Positions 44,862-56,308 are shown, counted from the first letter of the stretch. The stretch: DNA of 64,000 nucleotides from Bacteroidales bacterium (GCA_017649945.1 JAGCFU010000080.1:220-64219); one strand, 5' to 3'. Numbers and translations: made by a program. Notes: generated by a model not told the origin, from the letters alone.

Positions 44862-46046
44862 ATGTCTGACAATCATCCATATCTGAACTTCGATGAGTAC
44901 ATCCGGCAAGGGGAGCCGTCGCAAAAAGAGAAGGCTCTGAACTGGGAGACTGCTATTGGCTTGCAGGCCGTAGACGGACTTCGTGTGTCGGATTATCTGC
45001 GAGAGACCGCACAAAAGCACATCGAAGGGGAGATATCGTCAGATGATGTAAAACGGCGCATCAGAGAGTATTATCAAACCAAAACCAAACGCGAACCGGA
45101 CGACGATGAGCACCAGGAAGCGGATAGCGTGTCGAGCAACATCCAGGAAATACTGGCGACAAACACTCTCGATTTTTCAGTCAGAGGCTATATGGCCTTA
45201 CATCGAAAAATTTTTGACGGTGTTTTCAAACATGCTGGCCAACTGCGTAAATGTGACATCTCCAAAAAGGAATGGGTGCTTGAATGGGATACAGTCGATT
45301 ATCTGTTTTGGCAAGATTTGCACCGCGCTTTGGAATACGATATCGCAAAAGAACGCGAATTCAGCTACAAAGGCATCTCTAAGGATGATCTGATAAAGCA
45401 TGTCGCCAGATTTACTTCTGATCTTTGGCAAATCCATGCTTTCGGCGAAGGCAACACCCGAACAACTGCGGTTTTCATTATCCAGTATCTGCGGTCGTTG
45501 GGTTTTGAAGTGACTAACGATATGTTTGCCAAGCATTCTTGGTATTTTCGCAACGCTCTCGTTCGTGCTAATTACAAAAGCGCGGTGAAAGGCATTGATT
45601 ATTCTCCAATTTATTTGGAAAGATTCTTCCGCAACCTGCTTCTCGGCGAGCAATGGGATATGCGGAACCGCTATCTGCATATTCATCCTACAGTAGAATG
45701 GAGAATACAGCCAAATTTGGCAGACCCCACAAGTATCCCCACAAGTAAGGAACAAACACCCATCAAGCACACATCAAGCACCCATCAAGTTGTGAACAAG
45801 TTTCATACAAAGAATCAGAATATAATAGATCTGATAAAAATTGTAGGGGATGAGGGAATCTCAGTTAAAAATATGATGGTAAGGATTGGGTTAAAAGATC
45901 GTGTGAACTTTATGAATCTTTATCTGAATCCAGCCATTGCCGAAGGTTATATTCGAATGTTATATCCAGATAAACCACACCATCCTCGCCAGAAATACCT
46001 CCTCACAGTGAAAGGATTGTCGCTTTACAAAGAAATTACAAGATAA
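44862..46046 (+). CDS. Fic/DOC-family protein with an N-terminal VbhA-like segment and a C-terminal wHTH-like region
   Basis: The Fic motif variant HAFGEGNTRTTA lies at 45435..45470. The canonical form is HxFx(D/E)GNGRxxR, so G is replaced by T and the last R by A. The start is moved to ATG 44862 because the listed start is a TTG inside the promoter box. Confidence 0.75.
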   Translation: MSDNHPYLNFDEYIRQGEPSQKEKALNWETAIGLQAVDGLRVSDYLRETAQKHIEGEISSDDVKRRIREYYQTKTKREPDDDEHQEADSVSSNIQEILATNTLDFSVRGYMALHRKIFDGVFKHAGQLRKCDISKKEWVLEWDTVDYLFWQDLHRALEYDIAKEREFSYKGISKDDLIKHVARFTSDLWQIHAFGEGNTRTTAVFIIQYLRSLGFEVTNDMFAKHSWYFRNALVRANYKSAVKGIDYSPIYLERFFRNLLLGEQWDMRNRYLHIHPTVEWRIQPNLADPTSIPTSKEQTPIKHTSSTHQVVNKFHTKNQNIIDLIKIVGDEGISVKNMMVRIGLKDRVNFMNLYLNPAIAEGYIRMLYPDKPHHPRQKYLLTVKGLSLYKEITR

Positions 46047-46047
46047 A

Positions 46048-46302
46048 ATGAAACACCTACAATACACCACCCAGGGCACCTGCTCAATACTCATCGACGT
46101 CACCGCCGACGACGACAACATCATACAAAACGTGGCCTTCCTCGGCGGCTGCAACGGAAACCTCCAAGGCATCTGCCGCCTCGTGACATGTCAGAAAATC
46201 GACGACGTGATAAACAAACTCGAAGGAATACGCTGCGGAAACAAGATTACTTCTTGCCCTGATCAACTTTGCCAAGCACTGAAAGAGCTGAAGAGACAAT
46301 AA
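46048..46302 (+). CDS. TSCPD-domain protein (TIGR03905-like)
   Basis: 84 aa carrying the literal TSCPDQL motif and conserved Cys/Gly pattern (FLGGCNGNLQGI). Confidence 0.65.
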   Translation: MKHLQYTTQGTCSILIDVTADDDNIIQNVAFLGGCNGNLQGICRLVTCQKIDDVINKLEGIRCGNKITSCPDQLCQALKELKRQ

Positions 46303-46307
46303 CGACC

Positions 46308-46670
46308 TCACACTCCCATCATCGCTGCAGGAGTAATGCCCAAAACCTGACATAGCAAACGCGCGATTTTTAAAGTCGGCTCGGCACGACCTGAAATGTA
46401 ATCGCTAATACGAGAAGGACTTACACCGATTTCCTGCGCAAGTTGTTTCTGACTCATGTTTTTGTCTTCAAGTGAAAGCTCAATCAATTGAGCAACTGTA
46501 GGCTTCCCAATAGGATAATGTTCTTTTTCATATTCGATGACAGTATCCGACATCAGAGTAAGTTCAACGGCGTTGCGGTCGTTGGTAGGGGTGTTGTCGT
46601 CAACCAATGGTAGCAACTCTTCAATACGCTGAAGCGCGAAATCATACTGCTGTTTTGTTATTTTTCTCAT
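46308..46670 (-). CDS. XRE-family HTH protein, HigA-like antitoxin architecture (orphan)
   Basis: 120 aa with an N-terminal helical extension plus the HTH MSQKQLAQEIGVSPSRISDYISGR. No toxin ORF lies upstream. Confidence 0.7.
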   Translation of the reverse strand: MRKITKQQYDFALQRIEELLPLVDDNTPTNDRNAVELTLMSDTVIEYEKEHYPIGKPTVAQLIELSLEDKNMSQKQLAQEIGVSPSRISDYISGRAEPTLKIARLLCQVLGITPAAMMGV

Positions 46671-46760
46671 AATATGCCTCTTATATATTTAACATTAAAA
46701 GGTGACTAAATATTGATTTGTTACCTGTTGCAAAATTATAAATTTTTTCATAAAAATCAT

Positions 46761-46768
46761 TATCTTTG
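46761..46768 (+). promoter_or_regulatory. -7 promoter box (TATCTTTG)
   Basis: Matches TAnnTTTG 17 nt upstream of the ATG at 46785. Confidence 0.45.
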
Positions 46769-46784
46769 CAAAAAATTTCAAACT

Positions 46785-47159
46785 ATGATTCAAATCGGAT
46801 TATCTCATACATCAACAACAACTGTAAACAACACTAACACCGCCCGTACTTACGGCTCCGGCGGTCTCGACGTGTTCGCAACGCCGGCAATGATCGGCCT
46901 CATGGAAAACGCAGCAATGACTGCCGTTGAGAACGACCTGCCGGAAGGCTCGTCTACCGTGGGCGCGCATATCAGCACATCACACGTCAAGCCTTCAAAA
47001 CTCGGCGCAACGATAAAAGCAACCGCCGTCCTCGAAGAAATCGACGGCCGTAAGCTCACGTTCAAAGTGTCGGCATGCGACGACGAAGGCATCATCGGCG
47101 AAGGCACTCACATCCGCTATATCGTCGACATCGAACGCTTTATGGCGAAACTCAAATGA
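46785..47159 (+). CDS. Hotdog-fold thioesterase (FlK/fluoroacetyl-CoA-thioesterase-like family)
   Basis: Contains ...GSGGLDVFATPAMIGLMENAA...VGAHISTSHVKPS...KLTFKVSACDD. The start is set at MIQIGL. Confidence 0.65.
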   Translation: MIQIGLSHTSTTTVNNTNTARTYGSGGLDVFATPAMIGLMENAAMTAVENDLPEGSSTVGAHISTSHVKPSKLGATIKATAVLEEIDGRKLTFKVSACDDEGIIGEGTHIRYIVDIERFMAKLK

Positions 47160-47848
47160 TAAAAACCACCATCATCAACGGCTCGGAAATCCGCTACGAG
47201 TTCAAACGCTCGCCTCGGCGGAGCGTGTCGGCTCACATACGTCGCGACGGCGTGATAGAGGTGAAAGCGCCGCTGCTGTACCGCGAAAGCGACATGCTAT
47301 CATTCCTGAACCAGCATAAACGATGGATTTTTAATCATCTCGACAGACTGCAAAACACTGATAATCAACAGAAAAAGTACATTTCTGGAGAGATTCATTA
47401 CTATCTTGGCGAAAAATACACGCTTCAAGTGGTTGAAAGCAACAAAAACTCAGTTTTTATTGAAGGTAACTCATTGATAATCAATTCTAAATATCCGGAA
47501 AACCCGGACTATTTAGAGGTTTTATTAAACAAATGGTATAGAAACCAAGCAAAAAAAGTGTTTGCTGAACTGCTGCCTCCAATTATCGAAAAATTCAAGA
47601 AATACAACGTTGCTCCAGCCAAAATAAGCATCCGCGACATGCGGTCGAGATGGGGCAGCTGCTCACGAAAAGGCAACATAAGCCTCAACCTGCAGCTTAT
47701 AAAACTCAACGAAAACTGCATCCGACAAGTGATGGTCCACGAAATGTGCCACCTCGTTTATTTCAACCACCAAGCCGGATTCCATGCACTAATGGATGAA
47801 ATGATGCCTGATTGGAAACTATGGAAGAAGGATCTGAAGTTTCTTTAA
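47156..47848 (+). CDS. M48-family / YgjP-like (DUF45) metallohydrolase
   Basis: HEMCHL zinc motif plus WGSCS. The start MIKTTII overlaps the upstream stop (ATGA). Confidence 0.75.
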   Translation: MIKTTIINGSEIRYEFKRSPRRSVSAHIRRDGVIEVKAPLLYRESDMLSFLNQHKRWIFNHLDRLQNTDNQQKKYISGEIHYYLGEKYTLQVVESNKNSVFIEGNSLIINSKYPENPDYLEVLLNKWYRNQAKKVFAELLPPIIEKFKKYNVAPAKISIRDMRSRWGSCSRKGNISLNLQLIKLNENCIRQVMVHEMCHLVYFNHQAGFHALMDEMMPDWKLWKKDLKFL

Positions 47849-47851
47849 TAC

Positions 47852-47950
47852 CGTCATTTCGACCGAAGCCGTCAGGCGTAGCGGAGAAATCTCCTGCATT
47901 TATGTTTGAAGGAGATTTCTCCATTTCGCTACGCTTCAGTCGAAATGACG
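47852..47950. repeat. Palindromic intergenic repeat, family A, copy 2 (near-perfect ~99-nt palindrome)
   Basis: The sequence is cgtcatttcgaccgaagccgtcaggcgtagcggagaaatctcc ... ggagatttctccatttcgctacgcttcagtcgaaatgacg. It supplies the last codons and the stop of the HAD gene. Confidence 0.75.
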
Positions 47951-48547
47951 TATAATGTGTCTCAAATCCTCTTTTAGTTTTTTGGCGTTTTCGAAGCGTA
48001 TTGCATTGATTCCTACTGCTTTAGCACCTTCGACGTTTTTGATGTTATCGTCGATAAACAGACTTTCCTCAGCTTTGAGGCCGAAAGTGTTCAGCAATGT
48101 GTGGAAAATCTCTGGATTCGGCTTTAATTGCTTGACTTCTCCGGAAACAATAATCTTGTCGATGAGGCTAAAGATACGATACTTTTTCCGCACCGTCGGG
48201 AATGTCTCCGCCGACCAGTTTGTGAGACCGTAAATGATAGGGAAGCCGTTGTCTTTCAATGACTTGATAAGCTCGTACATGCCCGGAATCTCATCGCCCA
48301 TGGTATCCATCCAGTTGGTTTGATAAAGCTTCAGCGGCTCGGCATATTTCGGGAACATGGCAGTGCGTTCCTTCACCGCCTGCTCAAAAGGCTTTCCGCC
48401 GTCCATCTCGGCATTCCATTCGGTATTGCACACATTCTCAATGAAATAGTTCGATTCCTCCATATCATTGAAATACTTATCAAACAGATAGTGCGGATTC
48501 CAATCCACCAACACTCCACCAAAATCAAAAATAATATTCTTTATCAT
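47936..48547 (-). CDS. HAD-superfamily hydrolase (subfamily IA)
   Basis: Has the IIFDFGGVL motif I and a C-terminal DD motif (LFIDDN). Confidence 0.8.
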   Translation of the reverse strand: MIKNIIFDFGGVLVDWNPHYLFDKYFNDMEESNYFIENVCNTEWNAEMDGGKPFEQAVKERTAMFPKYAEPLKLYQTNWMDTMGDEIPGMYELIKSLKDNGFPIIYGLTNWSAETFPTVRKKYRIFSLIDKIIVSGEVKQLKPNPEIFHTLLNTFGLKAEESLFIDDNIKNVEGAKAVGINAIRFENAKKLKEDLRHIIRHFD

Positions 48548-48576
48548 ACACTTAAAACTTCATACTTTCATTATCC

Positions 48577-48615
48577 GAGATTTATTCACTCCGCTTCGCT
48601 TCGGTCGAAATGACG
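48577..48615. repeat. Family A repeat, half copy
   Basis: gagatttattcactccgcttcgcttcggtcgaaatgacg matches the right arm of copies 1 and 2. Confidence 0.6.
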
Positions 48616-48623
48616 GGAGAGAT

Positions 48624-48694
48624 TTTTAATGCCCTTTGCAGAAAAACGACCTACCACAGGGTACTGGTGAGTCTTTCGAAAATGGTATTAAAAA
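48624..48694. repeat. Long-hairpin repeat, family B, copy 2
   Basis: The sequence tttttaatgccctttgcagaaaaacgacctaccacagggtactggtgagtctttcgaaaatggtattaaaaa aligns with 7051..7121. It overlaps the 3' end of miaA. Confidence 0.65.
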
Positions 48695-49568
48695 TCCCAT
48701 CTACTTCATCAATTGTAAACCATTGATAATCACCGTTCTTCCGCAGCCATGTCATCTGACGCTTGGCATATTGGCGCGTGTTAATCTTAATCTGCTCAAC
48801 AGCCTGCTCCAAGGTGCATTTTCCGTCGAGATAATCGAACAATTCTTTGTAACCTACTGTGTTTAAAGAGTTTAGGTGACGTTTCTGATACACCGATTTC
48901 ACCTCATCAAGCAAACCTTGCCGCATCATCATGTCGACGCGCTTGTTGATGCGCTCGATGAGCTTGTCTCTGTCCCAAAGTATCGCCAGCTTCACTATGT
49001 CAAAATCGCGTTTTGCCACATTTCTCTGCCTGAAAGCGGAGTAGGGTCTGCCAGTTTGATAATAAACCTCCAAAGCGCGCTGCAAGCGACGCGGATTCTG
49101 CTTGTCGACGACCCGAAAATACTCGTTGTCAACCTTCTCGACTTCTTTTTGCAAAGCCTCAATGCCATCTGTCTCAAGCATCTTGGAAACCCTGTCGCGC
49201 ACCTCTTCGGAAATATCCGGCATCGAGTCCAATCCGTTGCACACTGCATCGATAAAAAGCCCCGAGCCACCGGTAATGATGGCGACATTTTTAGTATTAA
49301 AGTATTGCTTTAAGAAATCTAATACATCTCTTTCATAATCAGCCACGTCGTATTTGTCTTCAATGCTCAAATTATGAACAAAATGATGCTTCACCTGACT
49401 CAATTCCTCCGCTGTCGGAGCGGCTGTTCCAATCGATAATTCTTTGTAAAACTGACGGCTGTCGGCGGATATGATTTCAGCATCAAAGGCCTTCGCGAGC
49501 TTTATCGCGGTCTCCGTTTTTCCTGACGCCGTCGGTCCCGCCAATACTATGAGATGCTTGCCTTCCAA
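48651..49568 (-). CDS. miaA: tRNA dimethylallyltransferase
   Basis: P-loop GPTASGKT and MiaA-specific sequence throughout. The last few codons lie in repeat B2. Confidence 0.9.
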   Translation of the reverse strand: MEGKHLIVLAGPTASGKTETAIKLAKAFDAEIISADSRQFYKELSIGTAAPTAEELSQVKHHFVHNLSIEDKYDVADYERDVLDFLKQYFNTKNVAIITGGSGLFIDAVCNGLDSMPDISEEVRDRVSKMLETDGIEALQKEVEKVDNEYFRVVDKQNPRRLQRALEVYYQTGRPYSAFRQRNVAKRDFDIVKLAILWDRDKLIERINKRVDMMMRQGLLDEVKSVYQKRHLNSLNTVGYKELFDYLDGKCTLEQAVEQIKINTRQYAKRQMTWLRKNGDYQWFTIDEVDGIFNTIFERLTSTLW

Positions 49569-49576
49569 AATGTGAA

Positions 49577-51043
49577 TTATTTTACCGGAACCGGTCCGTT
49601 TGACTTTACTTCCACAGGTTCTGTGACCTCGCAGACGACCTTCAAGCCGAGTTTTTCGCCCTCAGTTTTCATAAACTGATAAGCTTCCTCGAAGTTGTTG
49701 CCGATAACGCCGTCAAGAATGGCTTCACGGATGGCGGTTTTAATCACGCCAACCTCGCGACTCTCAGGAATTCCAAAGGTTTTCATGATGACGGTGCCGT
49801 CGACAGGCGGCTGCCAGTTACGCAGATGGTCTTTCGCCTCAATCTCCTTGAGTTTCCTTCTTACAATCTGGAAATTATTGTGGAAACGGGCTTTCTTTTC
49901 CTCGTTTTTCGATGTGATGTCGGCATCGCAAAGTGTCATCAGATCGTCGATGTCGTCGCCGGCATCGAAGAGCAAACGCCTTACTGCTGAATCGGTTACG
50001 ATGTCTTGGGCCAGCACGATGGGGCGGAGGTGGAGGTAAACGAGTTTCTCCACATATTTCATCTTCTCGTTAAGTGGCAGCTTGAAGTTGGCGAAAATCT
50101 TATGCACCATCTTCGAGCCTTTCACCTCGTGTCCGTGGAATGTCCAGCCGGCTTCTTTTTCAAATTTCTTGGTAAGCGGCTTTGCGATATCATGTAAGAT
50201 GGCAGCCCAGCGAAGCCATAAGTCGCCACCGCTATTCGCCACATTATCAAGCACTTCCAAGGTGTGATAGAAATTGTCCTTATGTCCTTTGCCTTCTTGG
50301 ACCTCTATGCCTTTCAACGCCGCCATCTGCGGGAAAATCAATGGTAACAGTCCGCATTTGTCAAGGAGTTTGAAACCGATGCTCGGCACACTCGACATGA
50401 TGATTTTGTTCATCTCCTCGGTGACGCGTTCCATTGATATTATCTTGATTCTCTGAGCGTTACGTCTTATCGCCTCGAACGATTCCGCCTCAATCATGAA
50501 ATGCAGCTGTGTGGCAAATCTTATGGCGCGCATCATTCTCAAAGGGTCGTCGGAATAGGTGATGTCGGGGTCTAAAGGTGTCCTGATGATCTTGTCTTCA
50601 AGGTCCTGAACTCCGTTGAATGGGTCGACGAGCTCGCCGAAGTTGTTATCGTTCAATGAGATAGCCATGGCGTTGATGGTGAAGTCACGGCGGTTCTGGT
50701 CGTCTTCCAAAGTGCCGTTTTCACAGGTCGGCTTGCGGCTGTCGGCAGTGTATGACTCTTTTCTCGCGCCCACGAACTCAATCTCATGGCCGGCCGCATT
50801 GATCATCGCAGTGCCGAAACGTCCGTAATATTTCACGTGTTTCTTGCCAGGCAACAACTCGGCGGTTTTCTTGGCCAACTCGATGCCGCTGCCGACCGTA
50901 ACCACATCAATATCATTGGATTGGCGCTGCAGAAGCAGGTCACGGACATAGCCGCCCACGATGTAGGAATCGAATCCCAACTCACGCGACGCGGCTGTGA
51001 TTACCTTGAAAAATTTGTTATCGATCTTATCCTTCAGATTCAT
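49577..51043 (-). CDS. CCA-adding / poly(A) polymerase-family nucleotidyltransferase with an HD domain
   Basis: Carries the GGYVRD...DIDV nucleotidyltransferase motif, RDFTINA and an HD domain (HDIAKP). Confidence 0.8.
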   Translation of the reverse strand: MNLKDKIDNKFFKVITAASRELGFDSYIVGGYVRDLLLQRQSNDIDVVTVGSGIELAKKTAELLPGKKHVKYYGRFGTAMINAAGHEIEFVGARKESYTADSRKPTCENGTLEDDQNRRDFTINAMAISLNDNNFGELVDPFNGVQDLEDKIIRTPLDPDITYSDDPLRMMRAIRFATQLHFMIEAESFEAIRRNAQRIKIISMERVTEEMNKIIMSSVPSIGFKLLDKCGLLPLIFPQMAALKGIEVQEGKGHKDNFYHTLEVLDNVANSGGDLWLRWAAILHDIAKPLTKKFEKEAGWTFHGHEVKGSKMVHKIFANFKLPLNEKMKYVEKLVYLHLRPIVLAQDIVTDSAVRRLLFDAGDDIDDLMTLCDADITSKNEEKKARFHNNFQIVRRKLKEIEAKDHLRNWQPPVDGTVIMKTFGIPESREVGVIKTAIREAILDGVIGNNFEEAYQFMKTEGEKLGLKVVCEVTEPVEVKSNGPVPVK

Positions 51044-53565
51044 TTGGTCGTAACGGTCATATCACCCTTTTCGGCATCGTAGTCAATCACAATCTTAGCG
51101 CCTTTTTCAGGGTTTGATTTGATTATTTCCTCTGCCAAGACATCTTCCACATATTTCTGGATGGCACGTTTCAGCGGACGTGCGCCATATTGCTCGTCCC
51201 AGCCTTTCTCCACGATGTAATTGCGAGCTTTTTCTGTCAATTCCGGCTCGTAACCCATCTCTTTTATGCGCTCGAACACCTTCTTCAGCTCGATATTGAT
51301 GATTTGGTTGATGTTTTCCTTGTTCAGCGACTCGAAAATCACCACCTCGTCGATTCTGTTAAGGAATTCAGGGGCAAACGAGCGTTTTAAGGCATTTTCT
51401 ATCACGGCGCGACTGTTCTTATCTTTCGCATCTTTCTTCGCCTGTGTGCCAAATCCAACGCCTTGTCCGAAGTCCTTCAGCTGACGTGAACCGATGTTCG
51501 ATGTCATGATGATGATGGTGTTCTTGAAATCGACCTTTCTGCCAAGAGAATCAGTGAGCTGACCGTCGTCTAACACCTGCAAAAGCAGATGGAACACATC
51601 GGGATGTGCTTTCTCGATTTCGTCCAAAAGCACGATAGAGTAGGGCTTCCTGCGAACTTTCTCGGTCAACTGGCCGCCTTCTTCGTAACCGACGTATCCT
51701 GGAGGCGCTCCCACGAGACGCGAAACGGCGAATTTTTCCATGTATTCGCTCATGTCAATGCGTATCAAAGCGTCCTCTGAATCAAAGAGATACTTCGCGA
51801 GAACCTTTGCCAAATATGTTTTTCCGACGCCTGTAGGACCGAGGAAAATGAAGCTTCCAATCGGTCTGTTCGGGTCTTTCAAACCGGCTCTGTTGCGTCT
51901 GATGGCCTTCACCACATTCTTAATGGCTTCATCCTGACCGATGACGGTGCCTGCGAGCTCTGATTCCATGCTCATCAGGCGGTCGCCTTCGTTTTGTGCG
52001 ATACGCTGAACCGGAACACCTGTCATCATTGCCACGACTTCCGCGACGTTCTGCTCAGTGACTGTCTCACGATGGTTGTTGGTCTCGTTATCCCAGTCTT
52101 TTTTGGCTTTTTCGAGTTTTTCAGCAAGCTGTTTCTCTTCGTCACGATAATGTACCGCATCCTCAAATCTCTGCTCTTTTATCGCGAGTTTCTTCTGCTG
52201 ACGAATCTCTTCAACCTGTTTCTCCATCTCTATAATCTCCGTCGGGACGTGGATGTTGCCAATATGCACTCTCGCTCCGGCTTCATCTAAAACGTCGATA
52301 GCCTTGTCGGGCAAATGACGGTCGGAGATATAGCGGTTTGTGAGTTTCACACAAGCCTCGATCGCATCCTGTGAATATCTAACGAGATGATGGTCTTCGT
52401 ACTTGCTCTTGATGTTGTTTAGAATCTGTACGGTCTCTTCCGGAGTCGTCGGTTCCACTAATATTTTCTGGAAACGGCGTTCCAAAGCTCCGTCTTTTTC
52501 AATGTATTGGCGGTATTCGTCCAAAGTGGTTGCTCCGATGCACTGCAGCTCGCCGCGTGCCAATGCAGGCTTGAACATATTCGATGCGTCGAGAGAGCCG
52601 TTGGCGTTGCCTGCTCCGATGATAGTGTGAATCTCGTCGATAAACAGGATTATATCAGGATTTTTCTCTAACTCACTGAGTATCGACTTCATGCGTTCCT
52701 CAAACTGGCCTCTGTACTTCGTTCCGGCAACCACCGAGCCGAGGTCTAAAACCACGATGCGTTTGTTATACAAAGTACGCGACACTCTATGTTCCACAAT
52801 GCGTTGCGCCAATCCTTCCGCAATAGCCGACTTTCCTACACCTGGCTCGCCAATGAGAATAGGGTTGTTTTTCTTTCTGCGGCTCAAAACCTGCGCGATG
52901 CGTTCCAACTCTGTCTCGCGTCCGACGATAGGGTCGAGGCGGCCTTCTTCAGCTGCTTTCGTCAAATCACGGCCGAAACTGTCGAGGGTAGGTGTTGACG
53001 ACTTCGCATTTTTCTTATTCTGTTGTTTATCAGTGGTTTGCGTTGGAGTCTCGTCTTCTTCGTCCTCATCCTGAAACACATTCGTCGGCTCCGAAACGAC
53101 ATCTTCATTCTTACTTCTCGCCGGATAATTCGGCATCAATTTCTCCACTTCCTTCTTGTATTTGTTAAATGTAATACCTTCATATTCAAGACGTTGCGAA
53201 ACAATATTGTTGTCATCGTGAAGGATGGCAAGCATCAGATGCTCCGACGCGACTTGCTCGCTGTTGAAGTCCTTGGCCACTATATATGTGAACTTCAGCG
53301 CGCGTTCGGCCTGCTTGGTCAAAGGCAGATTGTCTGTATTTCCGAGAACGGTGTTGTTAGTCTTAATCGATGCCTCGAGTTTTTGTCTAAACGCCTCAAT
53401 ATCAAGCTCTAAATTCCTCAAAATCTGCACCGCATTGCTGTCGCTGTCATCCACAATTCCAAGGAAAATATGCTCCAATCCGATGTACGCATTGCCCATC
53501 TTCACAGCTTCCTTGCGACTATGCTGCATTATATCTTGAACTCTTGGTGAAAATTTCTGATCCAT
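51040..53565 (-). CDS. clpC: Clp/Hsp100 ATPase, ClpC-type
   Basis: Clp_N repeats, two AAA+ modules (GEPGVGKSA and GPTGVGKTY) and a UVR-like linker. Confidence 0.8.
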   Translation of the reverse strand: MDQKFSPRVQDIMQHSRKEAVKMGNAYIGLEHIFLGIVDDSDSNAVQILRNLELDIEAFRQKLEASIKTNNTVLGNTDNLPLTKQAERALKFTYIVAKDFNSEQVASEHLMLAILHDDNNIVSQRLEYEGITFNKYKKEVEKLMPNYPARSKNEDVVSEPTNVFQDEDEEDETPTQTTDKQQNKKNAKSSTPTLDSFGRDLTKAAEEGRLDPIVGRETELERIAQVLSRRKKNNPILIGEPGVGKSAIAEGLAQRIVEHRVSRTLYNKRIVVLDLGSVVAGTKYRGQFEERMKSILSELEKNPDIILFIDEIHTIIGAGNANGSLDASNMFKPALARGELQCIGATTLDEYRQYIEKDGALERRFQKILVEPTTPEETVQILNNIKSKYEDHHLVRYSQDAIEACVKLTNRYISDRHLPDKAIDVLDEAGARVHIGNIHVPTEIIEMEKQVEEIRQQKKLAIKEQRFEDAVHYRDEEKQLAEKLEKAKKDWDNETNNHRETVTEQNVAEVVAMMTGVPVQRIAQNEGDRLMSMESELAGTVIGQDEAIKNVVKAIRRNRAGLKDPNRPIGSFIFLGPTGVGKTYLAKVLAKYLFDSEDALIRIDMSEYMEKFAVSRLVGAPPGYVGYEEGGQLTEKVRRKPYSIVLLDEIEKAHPDVFHLLLQVLDDGQLTDSLGRKVDFKNTIIIMTSNIGSRQLKDFGQGVGFGTQAKKDAKDKNSRAVIENALKRSFAPEFLNRIDEVVIFESLNKENINQIINIELKKVFERIKEMGYEPELTEKARNYIVEKGWDEQYGARPLKRAIQKYVEDVLAEEIIKSNPEKGAKIVIDYDAEKGDMTVTTK

Positions 53566-53585
53566 CTTCTAAAAATTTCAAACTG

Positions 53586-53593
53586 CAAAAATA
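53586..53593 (-). promoter_or_regulatory. -7 promoter box (TATTTTTG) for clpC
   Basis: Matches TAnnTTTG 21 nt upstream of the ATG at 53565. Confidence 0.5.
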
Positions 53594-53672
53594 CAAAATT
53601 TTTGTTAAATTTATTGTTAATTAAATGTTAAAAATTTTTAATTAATATTGTGTCCAATTCAAAAAAAATCCG

Positions 53673-53680
53673 TATTTTTG
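53673..53680 (+). promoter_or_regulatory. -7 promoter box (TATTTTTG) for gyrA
   Basis: Matches TAnnTTTG 39 nt upstream of the ATG at 53719. Confidence 0.5.
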
Positions 53681-53718
53681 TAAATTATTTTTTGGATTTA
53701 AAATTAAAGGAAAGATAA

Positions 53719-56289
53719 ATGGAAGAACAGTTAGAAGGTGAAAAACTTGAAGGTGAACGAATAGTCCCGATTGGCATTGAGGATCACATGAAAACGAGTT
53801 ATATCGACTATTCAATGTCGGTTATCGTCGCCCGTGCATTGCCTGATGTCAGAGACGGTTTGAAACCTGTACACCGCCGTATCCTTTACGGAATGATGGA
53901 CATGGGCGTCCTCTCGAATCGCCCGTATAAGAAGTCAGCGAAGGTGGTCGGCGAAGTTTTGGGAAAATATCACCCACATGGTGACTCGTCAGTGTATGAC
54001 GCCATGGTGCGTCTGGCTCAGGACTGGAGCATGCGTTATCCTCTCATCGACGGTCAGGGTAACTTCGGCTCTATGGACGCCGACCCGCCGGCGGCAATGC
54101 GTTACACCGAGGCTCGTCTGAGAAAGATAGCCGAAGAGATGCTTGCCGACCTCGACAAAGACACTGTCGATTTTATGAACAACTACGATGATTCCGAGCA
54201 GGAACCTACAGTGCTGCCGTCACTCATCCCGAACCTCCTGGTGAACGGAGCGAGCGGTATCGCAGTGGGTATGGCAACAAACATGCCGCCTCATAACCTC
54301 AGCGAGGTGGTCGACGGAATCATTGCTTATATCGATAACAACGATATCACCGTAAGCGAGTTGATGGAATATATCAAGGCTCCTGACTTCCCGACAGGCG
54401 GCATCATCTACGGCTACGAGGGCGTGAAAGACGCTTTCGAGACTGGCCGCGGACGTATCGTTTTGCGTGCAAATACCACCATCGAGGAACATAACGGACA
54501 CGAGAGAATCATCGCTACGTCAGTGCCTTATCAGACCAACAAGGCTGATATGATTAAGCGTACCGCCGACCTCATCGGAGAGAAGAAACTCGACGGCATC
54601 GCTGACATCCGCGACGAATCCGACCGTAACGGTCTCCGTATCGTCTACGACTTGAAACGTGACGCCGTGTCAAGCGTGGTGTTGAACAAATTGTTCCAGA
54701 TGACAGGCCTCCAGAGCTCGTTCAGCGTGAACAACGTGTGCTTGGTGAACGGCCGTCCTCACACATTGAATCTCAAACAGTTGATTCAATATTACGTCGA
54801 ACACCGTCATCAGTGCGTGGTGCGACGTACACAGCATGACCTCCGTGAGGCTGAGAAACGCGCTCATATCTTGGAAGGTCTCGCACGCGCAATCGATATC
54901 GTCGACGAGATCATCGCTACGATTCGTGCTTGTAAAGGTGGCTCACAGGAGGCAAAGCAGGCTTTGATGGATCAGTACGGATTCGACGACCCGCAGGCTG
55001 CTGCAATCGTGGCTTACCGCTTAGGTCAGTTGGCAGGCCTCGAAATCAAGAAGATTATGGATGAACTCGAGCAGCTGCACCAGCTCATCGCACATCTCAA
55101 GGAAATCCTGGCAAGTCCTGCAATGCAGTTCGACATCATCAAGAAAGAGCTGCTTTACGTAAAAGAGAAATACGGTGACGAGAGAAAGAGCACCATCGAG
55201 CGCACGGCCGAGGACTTCAAGATGGAAGACATCATCGCCGACGACGCAGTGGTCGTGACAATCTCACACCTTAATTATATTAAACGCACCAACCTGACGG
55301 AATACCGCCGCCAGAGCAGGGGAGGCAAGGGCTCGAAAGGCTCCGACGCACGCGACGAGGACTTCATCGAACAGATATTCGTGGCGACGAACCATAACTA
55401 CATGCTGTTCTTCACTGAGAAGGGCAGATGCTACTGGCTCCGCGTCTACGAAATCCCTGAAGGCACCAAGGCAAGCAAGGGTAGGGCTATCCAGAACCTC
55501 ATCCATCTGGAGCCTGACGACAACGTCAAAGCGTACATCAACCTGACTGATATGAGCCCTGAATTCGTTGAGAATCATTATCTTACACTCATCACGAAGA
55601 AGGGTATCATCAAGAAGACCACGCTCGAGGCTTACTCACGTCCGCGTGCAACAGGTATCATCGCTCTCGGCATCCGCGAAGGCGACGAGTTGCTTGAAGC
55701 CAAGATGACCAGCGGCAACAGCGAGATTTTGATTGCGTTGAAGTCGGGTAGGGCTATCAGATTCCCGGAGAAGACAGTGCGTCCAATGGGCAGAACGGCA
55801 TCAGGCGTGCGCGCTATCACCGTTGACAGCGAAGACGACGAAGTTGTCGGCATGATTTGCATCGACGACCCGCAGACTAACGTGCTCGTGGTTTCTGAGA
55901 AGGGCTACGGAAAACGTTCCGACCTTGAGGAATACCGCATCACCAACCGTGGCGGCAAGGGCGTCAAGACCATGAACATCACCGACAAGACCGGCCAGCT
56001 GGTCGCAATCAAAGATGTGGTCGACGGCGATGACCTCATGATTATCAACAAATCAGGAATCCTCATCCGTATAGCCGTTGATACTCTGAGAGTTATGGGT
56101 CGTGCAACACAGGGCGTACGTCTCATCAACCTCCGCGATAACGATGAAATCGCAGCTGTTACAAAAGTCAAGGCTGAAGACATCGAAGAAGAGGAAGAAT
56201 TTGATGAAAATGCGGAAAACGTTGAGAATCAGGACAATAATGATAACAACGAAAACGTTAATACAGAGAATAATCCACAAGAAGTTTAA
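53719..56289 (+). CDS. gyrA: DNA gyrase subunit A
   Basis: Contains [12 protein letters not shown], the active-site AAMRYTE region, a GyrA-box beta-pinwheel CTD and an acidic tail. Confidence 0.95.
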   Translation: MEEQLEGEKLEGERIVPIGIEDHMKTSYIDYSMSVIVARALPDVRDGLKPVHRRILYGMMDMGVLSNRPYKKSAKVVGEVLGKYHPHGDSSVYDAMVRLAQDWSMRYPLIDGQGNFGSMDADPPAAMRYTEARLRKIAEEMLADLDKDTVDFMNNYDDSEQEPTVLPSLIPNLLVNGASGIAVGMATNMPPHNLSEVVDGIIAYIDNNDITVSELMEYIKAPDFPTGGIIYGYEGVKDAFETGRGRIVLRANTTIEEHNGHERIIATSVPYQTNKADMIKRTADLIGEKKLDGIADIRDESDRNGLRIVYDLKRDAVSSVVLNKLFQMTGLQSSFSVNNVCLVNGRPHTLNLKQLIQYYVEHRHQCVVRRTQHDLREAEKRAHILEGLARAIDIVDEIIATIRACKGGSQEAKQALMDQYGFDDPQAAAIVAYRLGQLAGLEIKKIMDELEQLHQLIAHLKEILASPAMQFDIIKKELLYVKEKYGDERKSTIERTAEDFKMEDIIADDAVVVTISHLNYIKRTNLTEYRRQSRGGKGSKGSDARDEDFIEQIFVATNHNYMLFFTEKGRCYWLRVYEIPEGTKASKGRAIQNLIHLEPDDNVKAYINLTDMSPEFVENHYLTLITKKGIIKKTTLEAYSRPRATGIIALGIREGDELLEAKMTSGNSEILIALKSGRAIRFPEKTVRPMGRTASGVRAITVDSEDDEVVGMICIDDPQTNVLVVSEKGYGKRSDLEEYRITNRGGKGVKTMNITDKTGQLVAIKDVVDGDDLMIINKSGILIRIAVDTLRVMGRATQGVRLINLRDNDEIAAVTKVKAEDIEEEEEFDENAENVENQDNNDNNENVNTENNPQEV

Positions 56290-56308
56290 CAAATAAAAAT
56301 TAAATAAA

